A stretch of DNA of 64,000 nt from Octopus sinensis. Taxonomy: Eukaryota. Under the pieces are notes generated by a model. It was given only the letters and a program-made list of their open reading frames with translations, had not been told where the DNA came from and made no database searches. The position numbers were made by a program, and so were the translations under genes. The stretch is taken from the NCBI RefSeq assembly GCF_006345805.1, contig NC_043004.1, positions 11,346,001 through 11,410,000 on the forward strand. The letters are read 5' to 3'. Below, one piece after another: positions 23,481 through 36,736 of this stretch (the stretch's first letter is position 1; each line of letters opens with the position of its first letter).

Positions 23481-24471
23481 ACCACAAAGAAACCAATGCA
23501 CGCACACAGCACGCCTAAACTATTTTGTGCTTTACGTATCTCCCGGCCTGCTGCTAAACTCTCAGTATTTTTGCATAACATTACATCTGCTTTTAGATTG
23601 CCATTTATTTTGCGTTACAGCAAGTCTGCCTCAGACTTTTATATGTATATTGCTAGGTTGCCTCTGGTCCGCCATCTCTTTCTATGACAAACCAGCAGCA
23701 CACTGGTAATATATATGATTGTCTCAGTTTGCTTCTGCCTGTTATGTATTTTGTTTGATATTATGTCTACCGGATTTTTTGGATGACCATTGACTCATGA
23801 GAGAGTTCCTCTGCCCTTTGACAGGTTTTGTTTTTAGTCCTGCTGGGTGTCCAAATCACCCTCCTCACCAAGAAATCTTGGTGGGGTTGCCAGTTTAGAC
23901 GCCAACGACCCGACCATGTAACAGGTTGTACTGGGTTACATGTTACCAGTAGCTCCAAGCGGAGACCTGACTACCTCAGGACTGCCATCTTTTTGCATGA
24001 TGTCAGAACTACCTCTGAGTTGCCGTTTACCTTGCGTATCACCAATTCTGTCCTCGACTACCATTTCTTTTACATGACACCAAACCTGCTTTTGACTGAT
24101 GAATAATTTGCCTGACAATGTCGTTATCTCACGTGGAGATAATCTTTAACACAATTTGCTTATTCAGCTTAGATCTTCCCAGTATAGGGAAGAGTAACCT
24201 TTCCACTTTATTGTTCCTTCCAATGGCCTACCGTCCTTGATTCTGAATACATGACCCAACGAAATTAACTTTCAGTACTCTCAGTAGTTCTATTTTCCTT
24301 TTCTTATGTACGAATTGAATTCAATTATTGGTGATTCGATCACTACAATTTATATTATGCTTTGAGCAAATGATTGGATTTCCTTGGTTATACTCTTTCA
24401 AATGACGGGTAAGGTTCTGATGTAACCCACAAAAACAACAAAACAGAGTAAAAAAAAACAGCATTACTTTT

Positions 24472-24690
24472 GGGCGGCGAGCTGGCAGAATCGTTAGCAC
24501 ACTGGGCAAAATACTTAACCACATTTCGTCCGCCATTACGATCTGAGTTCAAATTCCACCGAGGTCAACTTTGCGTTTCATCCTCCGGGGTCGATAAAAT
24601 TAGTACCAGCCGAGACCTGGAGTCGATATAGTCAAACTAACCCCTATCCCGAACTTGCTGGCTCTATGCCAAAACTTAGAACTAATATAA
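24472..24690 (+). mobile_element. SINE family B, monomer with the alternative tail
   Basis: GGCGGCGAGCTGGCAGAATCG head, B box and central domain, ending GGCTCTATGCCAAAACTTAGAAC. Confidence 0.85.
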
Positions 24691-24995
24691 GCAGCATTAT
24701 CAGCAATATTTTTTACCAACCAAACAATAGTATACTACGATAGCATCAACTAGTGAAAGAGAGTGATGGTCATTCGAAGGGATAGAGATAGCGGTCGGGT
24801 CGCCTGCAAATCACATACTGTCGTCTTTAAAGTCGTCCGACGCATTCGACAATGCACTGCTTCCGAGTGAGAGGAAACAGTTATGTCATTAATCATAGGT
24901 TGTTTCGATCAAGTCTCAGTGTCGAATAAATGCAATATTTTTAACCAATAACAATAGTAACAATAACAAGTATATCAAAACATAAATTACTAATA

Positions 24996-25565
24996 TTGGG
25001 TTTTCCGGAAAGTTCGTGCCGATTTATAGTAGCTGACATTTAGACTTATTTTATAACATGATTGATTTCATAAAATAGGATTTGACTACACCTCCATTTA
25101 GAGCACAGTTTAAGCTATCTTTTCGTGGAAGAAGATTTATGTTCCTATAACCTGTGTTAATTCTGTAAACCTTTAAAATGGAAGGTAAGAAAGTTCATTT
25201 TCGGCACTTGATGCTTTGGGAACCAGACAAAAATTGCTGTAGCTGGGCTGGGATGTGTTATTCCACCCTCCATATTCACCAGATGTTGCTCCTTCAGATT
25301 TCCTATTATTCAGAATAGTCTCATGCAAAATAGTCATAATGGTAAAATTTCAATTCCTTGGATGACGTAAAAGGATACCTTGATGAATTCTTTGCCATGA
25401 AACCACCTCAATTCTGGGAAGAGGATATTTTCAAGTTAAAGGAAAGATGGAGACGCATTGTGCAACAAAATAGTTCATACTTGGCTGATTAAAAATGTAA
25501 TGGCAAGTATTTATTGACCTTTTTCTTTCCTTTAAAAATCGGCACGAACTTTCCGGTCAACTAAA
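24996..25565 (+). mobile_element. Mariner internal-deletion derivative (570 bp)
   Basis: TIRs TTGGGTTTTCCGGAAAGTTCGTGCCGATTT and AAATCGGCACGAACTTTCCGGTCAACTAAA, with TA at both flanks. The internal remnant translates to LGWDVLFHPPYSPDVAPSDF...ERWRRIVQQNSSY, the mariner YSPDLAP motif and C-terminus. Confidence 0.9.
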
Positions 25566-27058
25566 TAGTTTCTGATTTAGACACAAGGCTAGCAATTTCA
25601 AGATAAGTCGAATATACGAAGCGATCACCCCCATGTATGCTATTTTATCGGCCCCTGGTGGACGATTGGCACATTTGACTTCAGTGGGAAATGAACTCAG
25701 AAAGTAAAAACGACAACATGTATTCAAGCTATAGGGAATACGTATACACGGTTGCTCGAAATGCTAGTAATAACATATGAAAGTGCAATTGCAGATATAT
25801 CATGTCTGAATATGTAACGAGATAGTCATAGTTAGAACGCTTTTCGTCAAATTACGGCTCGACCAGCGCTAACCTCTGACTTAACATCAAGTACCATTGA
25901 TATGTATTCATTATAAAATCAATCAAATAAAAATTGACAGCATTTCAGTATTTATATCATATTATGTAGAGTCCGTCGTAGTTTTCTTCCCCTCCGTCCC
26001 CATCCTCATATTTGTATAGTTCCACCTTGATGACCATGACAACCATAATTCTCTTATTATCGCAATAATCGTACTTTTCATTAACAGAATTCTTATTAAT
26101 TGCATGTCATAAACCAAACAGATTAAATTACATATATAATATTATAAATACCCTAGAGACAATCACAATATAGAATTAAATAGTTATTATTGCTGTTTGC
26201 TATCTGAAACATCAGTTTCCTCTTTTCTCTTTCCGAAAGAAAGAAAGAGAGGAGAAAGTGGGAGAGGCAGACAGTGCTAGAGAAAGCGAAACAGTGCTAG
26301 AGAAAGACACCCACACATAGCACTGGTATCAGTTTTATCTGAGCGGAAAATATTTGTCGAGACCATCTTTCTTGCTTATGTCCGGTCAGTTCCTCCATTT
26401 CCCTTTACGATCGAGAGATTTGCCTGCGCCATTTAATAAATACTATAATAAAATACATGTTCTGAAACCTAATTATTTTATAAAAAAATATATCATAGAA
26501 TCTCCATTAGTATGACTTTTTCATTCCTAATCCAAAGAACCTAATAGCCTATAAATCTCATAAATAGTTGAGGCGATAATAAAAATACTCTCATTTATGC
26601 GACAGTCACCCATTTATGTTTAATTTTTAGGTTCCATTTCGTCACTTTGTCACACATTTCTATCCCAGTCGACCGACTTAGAGATAATTAATCGTTTGTT
26701 TCAATCCGAAAGAGATGGCGATAATAGCATATGTGCTGATGACCATTATAAAAGCTGATTATTAGCTGAACATTTGGTTAGCCGTTAGGAATATATTTAT
26801 TCTAATTAGTGCGTTATGAATAATAATTCTGATATGATCTTTTATTATCTTGCTTTTCGTGTCATCATTCATTTGGAATATTTGAAATTAGTCAAATAAT
26901 CCGGGAAATATATCTCATCTATTTCAGTGTTTCTGCTACAGCATCTAGTAACATGTGACAAACATGGCGTGCCCTTCCCGAATGTCTGTGCGTTCATGCG
27001 TGTGTGAGTGTGTTTTGGTGTACATGTGTGCGTGTGTGTGCGCGCGCGTCCGTGCAGC

Positions 27059-27099
<41 letters not shown>

Positions 27100-27287
27100 C
27101 CCACGTGAATCAAACAGGGTCATCTTTGCTTGGTCAAAAACAAAAATCTAATGTCAGTGCCATCTCTGAAGTAAAACCAGGACAACGGTTCTTTGTAGAT
27201 TTTTAATGTGATTTTCTATAATGACATACCTTCCGGAAAGATTTTAGTTTCAGCAATATAATTTATTTATTTATTTATGCACACTTT

Positions 27288-27560
27288 TTCAAGCCTAGCC
27301 AGGCTCATGGGCCCGGTTTCCCGGTTTCTGTGGTGTATGTGTTCCCTCCAGCTGGACGGAACGCCAGTCCATCACAGCCTTTCTCAAGAGGCAGGAAGAA
27401 AGTGTGAGAGAAAGTTGGGGGAAAGAGTACAATAGGGATCGCCACTACCACCTGCCGGAGTCTCGTGGCGCTTTAGGTGTTTTCGCTCAATAAGCACACA
27501 CAACGCCCGGTCTGAGAATCAAAGCGCGATCCTCCGACCGCGAGTCAACTGCCCTTGCCA
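27288..27560 (-). mobile_element. tRNA-derived SINE, head C + tail 1
   Basis: Head as at 86-250. Tail GCTGTGATGGACTGGCGTTCCGTCCAG...GAAACCGGGCCCATGAGCCTGGCTAGGC. Confidence 0.85.
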
Positions 27561-27591
27561 CTGGGCCATTGCGCCTTCTTATAAACGTGCC

Positions 27592-27835
27592 CTTTTATAG
27601 CCTAGCCAGGCTCATGGGCTCGGTTCCCCGGTTTCAATGGCGTATGTATTCCCCAGCTGGACGGGACGCCAGTCCAGCGCAGCGTTACTCATTTTTCCAG
27701 CTGAGTGGACTGGAGCGACGTGAAATAAAGTGTTTTGCTCGAGAACACAACCCGTCGCCCGCTCCAGGAATCGAAACTGCAATCTTACGATCATGATGCT
27801 GACACCCTAACCCCTAAGCCACGCGCCTCCACTCA
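27592..27835 (-). mobile_element. tRNA-derived SINE, head D + tail 1
   Basis: Head GAGGCGCGTGGCTTAGGGGTTAGGGTGTCAGC...TTTCGATTCC. Same tail as the adjacent 27288-27560 copy. Confidence 0.85.
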
Positions 27836-28189
27836 GCAATATAATAACGACCTTAATGTCTCAACTACTCAGTGTGTTAGCGCATGTAAACAACAAGTTT
27901 TATGAGATGTAAAGAGTGGCAGAGACATGGTAAAGTAGATGTATCTATGACACACAAAGGTTTTGTTGAACCGTCATGTATGAAGTATGAAGTTTTCTGC
28001 CAGATCTGTAGTAAACTTAGTGATATCATCATCTATTAATCAAAGAAGTGTATGCAGTGTTTACTGTTGATGGCGATACTTAAGTCGTTGTAAAATCTGA
28101 TTTTGCATACCTTTGTACAAAAGCCTCCCACTGACAGAAGTTCCTTTGTTGTTAGCTCAATATTTCCAACAGTCGCTCCACCTGTTGGA

Positions 28190-29110
28190 AATAACAACCT
28201 CTACCAAGACGATAAAATTAATTATCGATCAAGAATTGGTGTCAATGTAATCGATTAAGCCTCTCCAGATAAAAGTGCTGATCTTGTGCCAAATTTTGAA
28301 ACTGTTTTGTTATCACTATTATTTTTATTATTACGGTGGTGGGAGTTCAAATACCGCTGAGATAGACTTTGTCTTTCATCCTTTCTGTGTCGATAAAATA
28401 AATACCAGCCGAGCGATGTGATCGTTTTAATCAATTTCCATATCCTTTCAAACTTTCTGGCCTTTTGTCAAAAATTAGGAAGAATTATTAAGGCAGTATT
28501 CTGGTAGAATCGTTTTCGAATCTAATAAATGCTTAGCCTGCATTTCTTCTGGGTCTTTACACACCGAGTCCAAATTTTGCCGAGGTCTGTTTTATCACAC
28601 ATCCTTTCAGGATCGCTAGATTAAGTCCTAGTTGAACACTGGGGTCGATGTAATCGACTTGCCCCTTATCGTACAAATGGTGGCTCAGTGCCAATATTTG
28701 AAACCATTGTGAGTTGTTCCTATGCAGCCGCAGTAGACTTTGTCTTTCATTCCTCCGGTTCAATAAAATAAAATACCAGTCTACTACTGGAGTCGATGGT
28801 ATCGATTATTCCCCATCCCTTCAAAATTGCCCAAATCAGGGAACATTACTATTATTTTGTACAACCAGCATAAAGACTTAGTATTAATGACACTTTCTTA
28901 TATAAGCACACAGCCTGGAATTTTGGCAGGGAGGTCAATCGCTTACGTTGAACCCATTGATCCATTGATGCTCACATTTATAGATCCCGGAGGGATAGAA
29001 AGCAAAGTCGAACCTCGGCGGAAGTTGAACTCAGAACGTAAAGGCAGACATAATGCCACTAAGTTCAATATCCTGTTTGCTAAACCACTCTGTCAGCTCG
29101 CCGCCTTTGC
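28190..29110. mobile_element. Cluster of 4-5 degenerate SINE-B copies in both orientations
   Basis: Repeated diverged central motifs (GACTTTGTCTTTCATCC, GGGGTCGATGTAATCGAC, GAACTCAGAACG). Confidence 0.7.
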
Positions 29111-29612
29111 AGTAGCAGCAATAGCAACGCTAGAAGGAGAAGAACAGGAAAACATGATCTTCGTTTTCGCATGTGTGCCAATTCCTTACTAATATATCTC
29201 GTCTATCGACATAATAACGTTCCATAATTGTATTTTGAGCTCATGCGGTAATGAGAAAGATTTAATTTTGCTAAAATAGCTAACACAACAAACATCGTGA
29301 GTGGGAAATGCAAATCGCCGAAACCAAGATATTCGAATATTTTTCAATATGGAAAAGAGAAAAAAAAAAAAAAAAAGAATCGTTAAACCATAAATTTGCC
29401 TTAGGTAAAGTAATAATTTGTATGCTTTTTAATTTATAATGTAAGAATTTGAGAATATATGTAACGAAATCATTATCTTGGAATTTTTTTTTTTTTTCTG
29501 AAGAAGAAGCCTTTATATTTAGTTTGTTTGAAGAAGCTAATAATTTTAGGAACTTGAATTTAAATAAATAGATTATTGCATATGCAGGATTTTGTGCAAT
29601 AAGAGACTGAAA

Positions 29613-29644
<32 letters not shown>

Positions 29645-29652
29645 ATATATAT

Positions 29653-29713
<61 letters not shown>

Positions 29714-30374
29714 GCATGTGTGTGTATATATATGCAAGACAGTGTGTGTGTGTATATATATATTTACTTATACATATATATGTATATATATATATATATA
29801 TATACATACATGCATATATTTTACACAACACACCGACACACGCACACACATATACGGATAGAGATATACACATACATATATATGTATAAAACAATGAGTT
29901 CCATTTCAGTTTAACACATTTTAATAGTAAAATACAAAACTTTCGCTGGTTAACATTAATTTCTTTAAAGCGACAGAGTGTGTGTGTGTGTATGTTTATG
30001 GTTTTCGTATTTATAGTCACATTTTGGAACTGTGTCCTGCATTGCGAAATGTTCCACAGGCATAAAACCGCGCATTATTTTCTTGATGCTACGTTGCTCA
30101 GTGACGTGGCAATCTTGAAACCATAAAAATGTTTCATTACCATTATTAAATAATGTTTATAATTTGATGCCCTTCGTAAGTTCGAATCCTTAGGAGTCGG
30201 CAGCTGGACGACTGCTTCGTTTTAGTGTGGCTGCTGGGCATTTTTGAATGGATGGTGAACGACGAACGGCTTTGTGGTAACAGAGCAAATTTAACATACT
30301 TTTTAATATGCATAAATTCCCTTAAAATTTCACTCACACTTTCTTAACAAACAATTATTCTTTCTGTTTTTGGC

Positions 30375-31190
30375 ACGAGACATGCAATTTTAAGTGGAGG
30401 GATTTAGCTTGAACCCAATGATTTATTGCAAGGTATTTCATGGACACCGATTGGAAAAGTCAGCCTCAGCGGAATTTGAACTCAGAATATAAGCCCAGAA
30501 GGGATGCCGCTCAGTATTTTGACCGGCGTGCTAATGATTCAAGCAGCTCATTAACTTAGGTTTTATTCAAGATACTATCTCTCTCTCTCTCTCTCTCTTT
30601 TACTCTTTTACTTGTTTTAGTTATTTGACTGTGGCCATGCTGGAGCACCGCCTTTAGTCGACCAAATCGCCCCCAGGACTTATTCTTTGTAAGCCTAGTA
30701 CTTATTCTATCGGTCTCTTTTTCCTAACTGCTAGGTGCGGGGACGTAAACACACCAGTATCGGCTGTTAAGCAATGTTAGGGGGACAAACACAGACACGC
30801 AAACATATACACACACATACATATGTATATATACATATATACGACAGGCTTCTTTCAGTTTCCGTCTACCAAATCCACTCGCAAGGCTTTGGTCGACCCG
30901 TGGCTATAGTAGAAGGCACTTGCCCAAGGTGCCACGCAGTGGGACTGAACCCGGAACCATGTGGTTCGTAAGCAAGCTACTTACCAAGATTTACCACAAG
31001 GTCAGCAATTTGGGGAGGAGATAAGTCAAGAACATCGATTCCAGTGTTCAATTGGTACTTAATTTATCGACTCCGAAAGATGATGAAATGCAATGCCGAC
31101 CTGGCGGAATTTGAACTCAGACCATAAAGATAGACGGAATGCCGCTTGATATTTTATCGGGCGTGCTAACCGTTCCGCCATCACACCGCC
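30375..31190 (-). mobile_element. Three adjacent minus-strand SINEs: B (~30375-30560), A full length (~30597-30985), B (~30990-31190)
   Basis: Family-diagnostic motifs as above. Confidence 0.8.
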
Positions 31191-32019
31191 TTCTATACAT
31201 CTATGTAATAACTGAAAGCATTGAAGAAACCATTCGGTGTGTTGTTTTACATCAGAGATTGTCTCTTTTTTCTTTATTTAAATCCACATAGAAACGAACA
31301 AATGAAACGCAAGAAATTTCCTCATCCTTCGTATCCGCATGATTGTCATAAAATGTGTTTTCTTATATTCTAATTTACTGAAATTCTAATTCAATTGTCA
31401 AATGCTTCATTCTTTTTAACCATTCTATTGAAACATAAAATATACGAATTTGAGAGTTGCCACTGCTGCTGCGGCTGCTGCTGCTGCGGCTGCTGCTGCT
31501 GTCACTGTTACTGTTGACTTTCTTGCATCGTTTAAAATATATTTTACAAATGCTGTTGCGATGTAGGTGGAAAGTGTTTTCTATTCAAGCATCGCTCATA
31601 TCTCATATATATTATAATGAATTTTAACGTATCTTTAACGTAGAAAAAATATGGTTTTTGCTTTTTACAAACATTCACACATACGCATACATATACACAT
31701 ACATATATGCATACGTATATTTTTGTTGTTCTTCTTCTCTTGGAGTAGTAATTTTGGATAACCACTGAATACGACAAGATTCTGTTCTTTTTTTTCTTTT
31801 CATGAAACAGAATGACAAGTCTATCATATTCAAATAACGTTCAGAGTTAATATATTATTGCATGCGTGCATGTGTGTGTTTGTGTATATGGAGGGGAAGC
31901 ATGTGCGGGTGTATGGACTGCGAGTGTGTGTGTGTGTGGTGTGCATGCATGTTTATGAGTATAAACACCCACCGACACATATACTCACATAGCGAGCAAG
32001 GAATAAACATATATATGTA

Positions 32020-32127
32020 GATATGTAGATAGATATTTAGATAGATAGATAGATAGATAGATAGGTAGATAGATAGATAGATAGATAGATAGATTGATAG
32101 ATAGATAGATAGATAGATAGACAGAGT

Positions 32128-32170
<43 letters not shown>

Positions 32171-32179
32171 TGATAGATT

Positions 32180-32217
<38 letters not shown>

Positions 32218-32261
32218 GAGAGAGATATGTAGATAGATAGATAGATAGAGAGAGAGATATG

Positions 32262-32321
<60 letters not shown>

Positions 32322-32409
32322 CAGATATGTAGATATATAAACGCTGATATATATATATATAGAGAGAGATAGAGAGATAGATAGATAGATAGATAGATAC
32401 ATACATACA

Positions 32410-32440
<31 letters not shown>
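32020..32440 (+). repeat. (GATA)n/(CATA)n compound microsatellite
   Basis: Direct reading. Source of the SIYL-repeat ORFs. Confidence 0.95.
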
Positions 32441-32441
<1 letters not shown>

Positions 32442-33223
32442 CGAACATTAATATACTACATGCAGTCATACACATTTAAAATTCGCACGTGCACGTGTAT
32501 AGTGTATTTATTAGGTGTTATGAGAATTGAATATCTTTTGCGCAACTATTTATGTGCGACTATGCTTGCATGTATGCGTGTGCATATGTGTGCGCGCATG
32601 CGTTCGTTCCTGTTTCTAAGTGTGAGCTTATATGGGTGTATGTTTATGTGATATGTATCTAAAATTTCATGTAATTTGCATTTTGTTATAGTTATAAGAT
32701 TTTTCGTATGTATGGTGATTTAATATCTCGCAACTGAAATTGATAAATACATAGATAAACACACAAACGAACAACGAATATGTTTGAATAGCATATTTAA
32801 ATCTCTGTTCATAGAAGTATTATATCATTTGTGTAAAGAGAACTACAATTCATTTTTGTTAGGTAAGTTTTGTAATATTCATTTTATTGTATTCCATTTT
32901 ATTATTTTATTTTATCTGCATTGCACTGAGGAATAATTTCCTGTTATCTTAAGCACTCTGAATATAAACTAAATACGGAGAAAATCTGTAGTTATGTGAG
33001 TAAGAAAGCGTTTACTAACATCAATAATGTTTTACCTGGATAAATACGAGAATTGTAGATGAGCGGAGATAAGACTACATGATTCACAAAACCCTTTGAG
33101 AAACATGAAGTTTTGAGCTTGGTGACACTGAACTGAACAATAGGCAAGTGTCGTGTAAGACGTCCTCAAATTGATCGATGAATCTGGGACCAGATTTTGA
33201 TACATCAACTGAGCATAAACCGA

Positions 33224-33640
33224 TCAAATGGGTATATGTGTGTATGTACTCCTATATATGTGTGTATGGCCACCACCTGCAGCACGGGCAACATCAGCGC
33301 GATAAGAGAAGTCCTCGCAGACGCGTATCAGCATATCACAATCCAATGAGTTGAGTACTGTTGTTATTCGATGTTTAAGGTCATCGAGGTTAGTGAGTAG
33401 CGGTGGAGCATAAACGCGATGTTTTACATATCCCCACAAGAAAAAAATCATAAACATCGAATAGCAACAGCGATCAACTTCAGTGGATCATGATATGCTG
33501 ATACGCGCCTGGGAGGAATTCTCTTATCGCATTGATGTTGCTCTTGCTGCAGGTGGCGGTCACGTTGAGCACTTGCAAGACAGGAAATAAAAGGTGATTG
33601 TGAGTAAATACTTGTGACTTAACTTGAGTTTTCTATTGAT
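33224..33640. mobile_element. Tc1/mariner-superfamily transposase C-terminal relic, present as an inverted duplication
   Basis: Minus strand: FFLWGYVKHRVYAPP...DLKHRI...FSYRADVARAAGGGH. Plus strand at 33485-33575: DHDMLIRAWEEFSYRIDVALAAGGGHVEHL. Confidence 0.8.
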
Positions 33641-33685
33641 TTTCCTTATTGAAATATTGCGTAATGAAATACAAAATACAAAAAT

Positions 33686-33910
<225 letters not shown>

Positions 33911-35109
33911 GTATATCCATATTTATGTACACATACAGTAGCGGGCGCACACCCACACAGACACATCAAAAGACAGATCAGAATTGAATTGAGGTATGGA
34001 GTAAAATGGTAATAGGTATGGAGTACAATGCAGAATACTTTTTAAATTGTTATGTGCTGTTCAGAGGTTAAACATTTTCCGATGATTGTGACACTGCTCT
34101 CGAGTTCTTTCGCTTTTGGGGGGTTTTACGTTTTTTTTTTCTTCTTTTCTGTAGCTTAGTCTTAGTAACACAGCCATGATTCAGGATAATATCGTGGCCC
34201 ATGATCTGTACAGCTGTTGAAGAAGAGGACGGTGATGAAACATAAGATGAAATACAATGCACAAGTTAATGCATTAAGGATCAACTAAAGAAAATATAAA
34301 AACGATTTGCAATTATGAGAACTTTCTTCTGTTTTTATGTTTTGTTCAAAAAAGTTTTCAGTAAGAAAGCATTCTATTTTCGTATGTTATTTAGAAGCGT
34401 TTCGATTCTAATTGTTTTAAAGCAATAAAATTTTCCTTACTTTCCAAGTAGGATTCAATTAGTCTTTATTTCTCCACGCTCTCTCTCTCTCCTTATTTCT
34501 TTCTGTTTTCCTCACTCTGACACAAACACACATACAAAAGCAGAAACAGCTAAACAGTTACATATGCGTTTTCTGAAGAAGGTTTGCTATAATTAAAATA
34601 GAAAATTCGTTAATGTTTTAAAAGCTAACTCGTAACTCATCAGTTTAATTTTGTACACTTAATTAATTAATTTAAATCGCCTGAACACATTCTCACATAA
34701 AAAGGAACAGACCTAACACATCACCTCGCAATGACACAACACGCAGAGAACATGATAGCCACCTACCTTGGTTTCATTTAATTTACTTGATATCTACGAG
34801 TAAAACAATTTAATTAAATATTATTTAAACAATACATCATTCTATATCATTTACTTTTAACATTTGTATGGAATTTTTATCTTCTCCCCAAGGCTCTATT
34901 TAGTAAAGAGGAATTAGTAAAGTGTTTATGCTGGGTGTTATTGGATGCAATATTTATAGCGACAAAGAAAGGACCGTTAATACTTGGCGTCATCAATTAA
35001 GGAATGTTTACAGTAAGATTATATATCTTACTCATATGCTGTTATATTGAATCAATAATACTTCGGCTGACGTGGAGGACAACGAAGAACATAATCGGTG
35101 TTGAGATAT

Positions 35110-35394
35110 ATGCACTGAAATATATATGTATGCATGTACATATAAATATGTGAGTGTATGTATGTATGCATGAATGTACATATATGTATATTATATGTAT
35201 ATGCAAATATTTACATATGCATATATATATATATATATGTACGTACATATGTATATACATATATATATAATATATATATATATATACATATATATATACA
35301 TATATATACATATATATATATATATACATATATATATACAAATATATATACATATATATATACGAATATATATACATATATATCTATATATATC

Positions 35395-35442
<48 letters not shown>

Positions 35443-35530
35443 TATACATATATATACATATATATATATATATATTATATATATATAATGTTTCATACAT
35501 ACTATATATATATGTGTGTGTGTGTATAAG
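35110..35530 (+). repeat. Long degenerate (TA)n/(TATATACA)n array
   Basis: Direct reading. Confidence 0.95.
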
Positions 35531-36310
35531 TATATATTTAAATAAGGATTTATGTGCTTTATATTTCAATGAGTAATGCATACAACCTAACTGCTTTCGG
35601 AAACTATAGCGAAAGTCTCATCATTAAATATGTTATTCATGGCATTAAACTTTTGGTAATAAAATGTGAAGAAGCCCGATCTAATTCATACAATATATTT
35701 GCTGTTGGTCAGGTATTCAATCATTTTTAGTTTGTTCGTAAATTTATCCTGTAAGCGTATTTGCAAAGACAATACCATGATTTATGCAAGGAATTGTGAG
35801 TATTACGTTAGCGTCTATATTTTTATAGCAAAACTTTTCTGTTACCCGGCATCGACTAAAGATCAAAATCGTTATGACAACTTCCGATAAAATCGCTTCT
35901 TCCTGTAATGCGGAGTAACATTGATGCTGCAAAGGAATGTCCCGGTTCTTTCTTCTCTCACATGTCTCTACCGTCTCTATGATGAAGCTTTCTCTGGTTT
36001 CTTTCGCAGTCCGCAATCATTGCTTGTCTAACTAAAAGTTCCAAATCTATCCAATGCTTCTTTACTCTTAAGGAAATAGGATTATCGAAGCATTTTCGGA
36101 ATACAAGTGTTGTTCACTGCCATCATCGTAATTTGTACTAATGCTTACTAATGCTTTATTGTAGATTATTAATTTTATTTGTGCTCTCCGTATTGAGTTC
36201 CCAAAGTCATGGCAACATTGAAGAGATTTCTATGAAATTGGATGATACCATAATTTAGCGGGAGGGTAGGTGATTCTTTGTTATTGCTATATGATTTAGG
36301 AACACGAAAA

Positions 36311-36709
36311 TAAGGAGGCGAGCTGGTAGAAACGTTATCACGCCGGGCAAAATGCTTAGCGATATATCGTCTGCCGTTACGTTCTGAGTTCAAATTCCGC
36401 CGAATTCGACTTTGACTTTCACCCTTTCGGGGTCGATTAAATAAGTACCAGTTACGCACTGGGGTCGATATAATCGACTTAATACGTTTGTCTGTCCTTG
36501 CTTGTCCTCTCTATGTTTAACCCCTTGTGGGTAGTAAAGAAATAGGCATTTCGTCTGTCGTTACGTTCTGAGTTCAAATTCCGCCGAGGTCAACTTTGCC
36601 TTTCATCCTTTCGAGGTCGATAAATTAAATACCAGTTGCGTACTGGGTTTTTATCTAATCCACTGGACCCTCCCCCAAAATTCGGGTCTTGTGCCTAGAG
36701 TAGAAAATA
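36311..36709 (+). mobile_element. SINE family B, two-unit copy with a 22-bp TSD
   Basis: Units 184 bp apart (36367, 36551); the last unit has the alternative tail. TSD ATATGATTTAGGAACACGAAAA at 36289-36310 and 36710-36731. Confidence 0.9.
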
Positions 36710-36736
36710 ATATGATTTAGGAACACGAAAAGAAAG

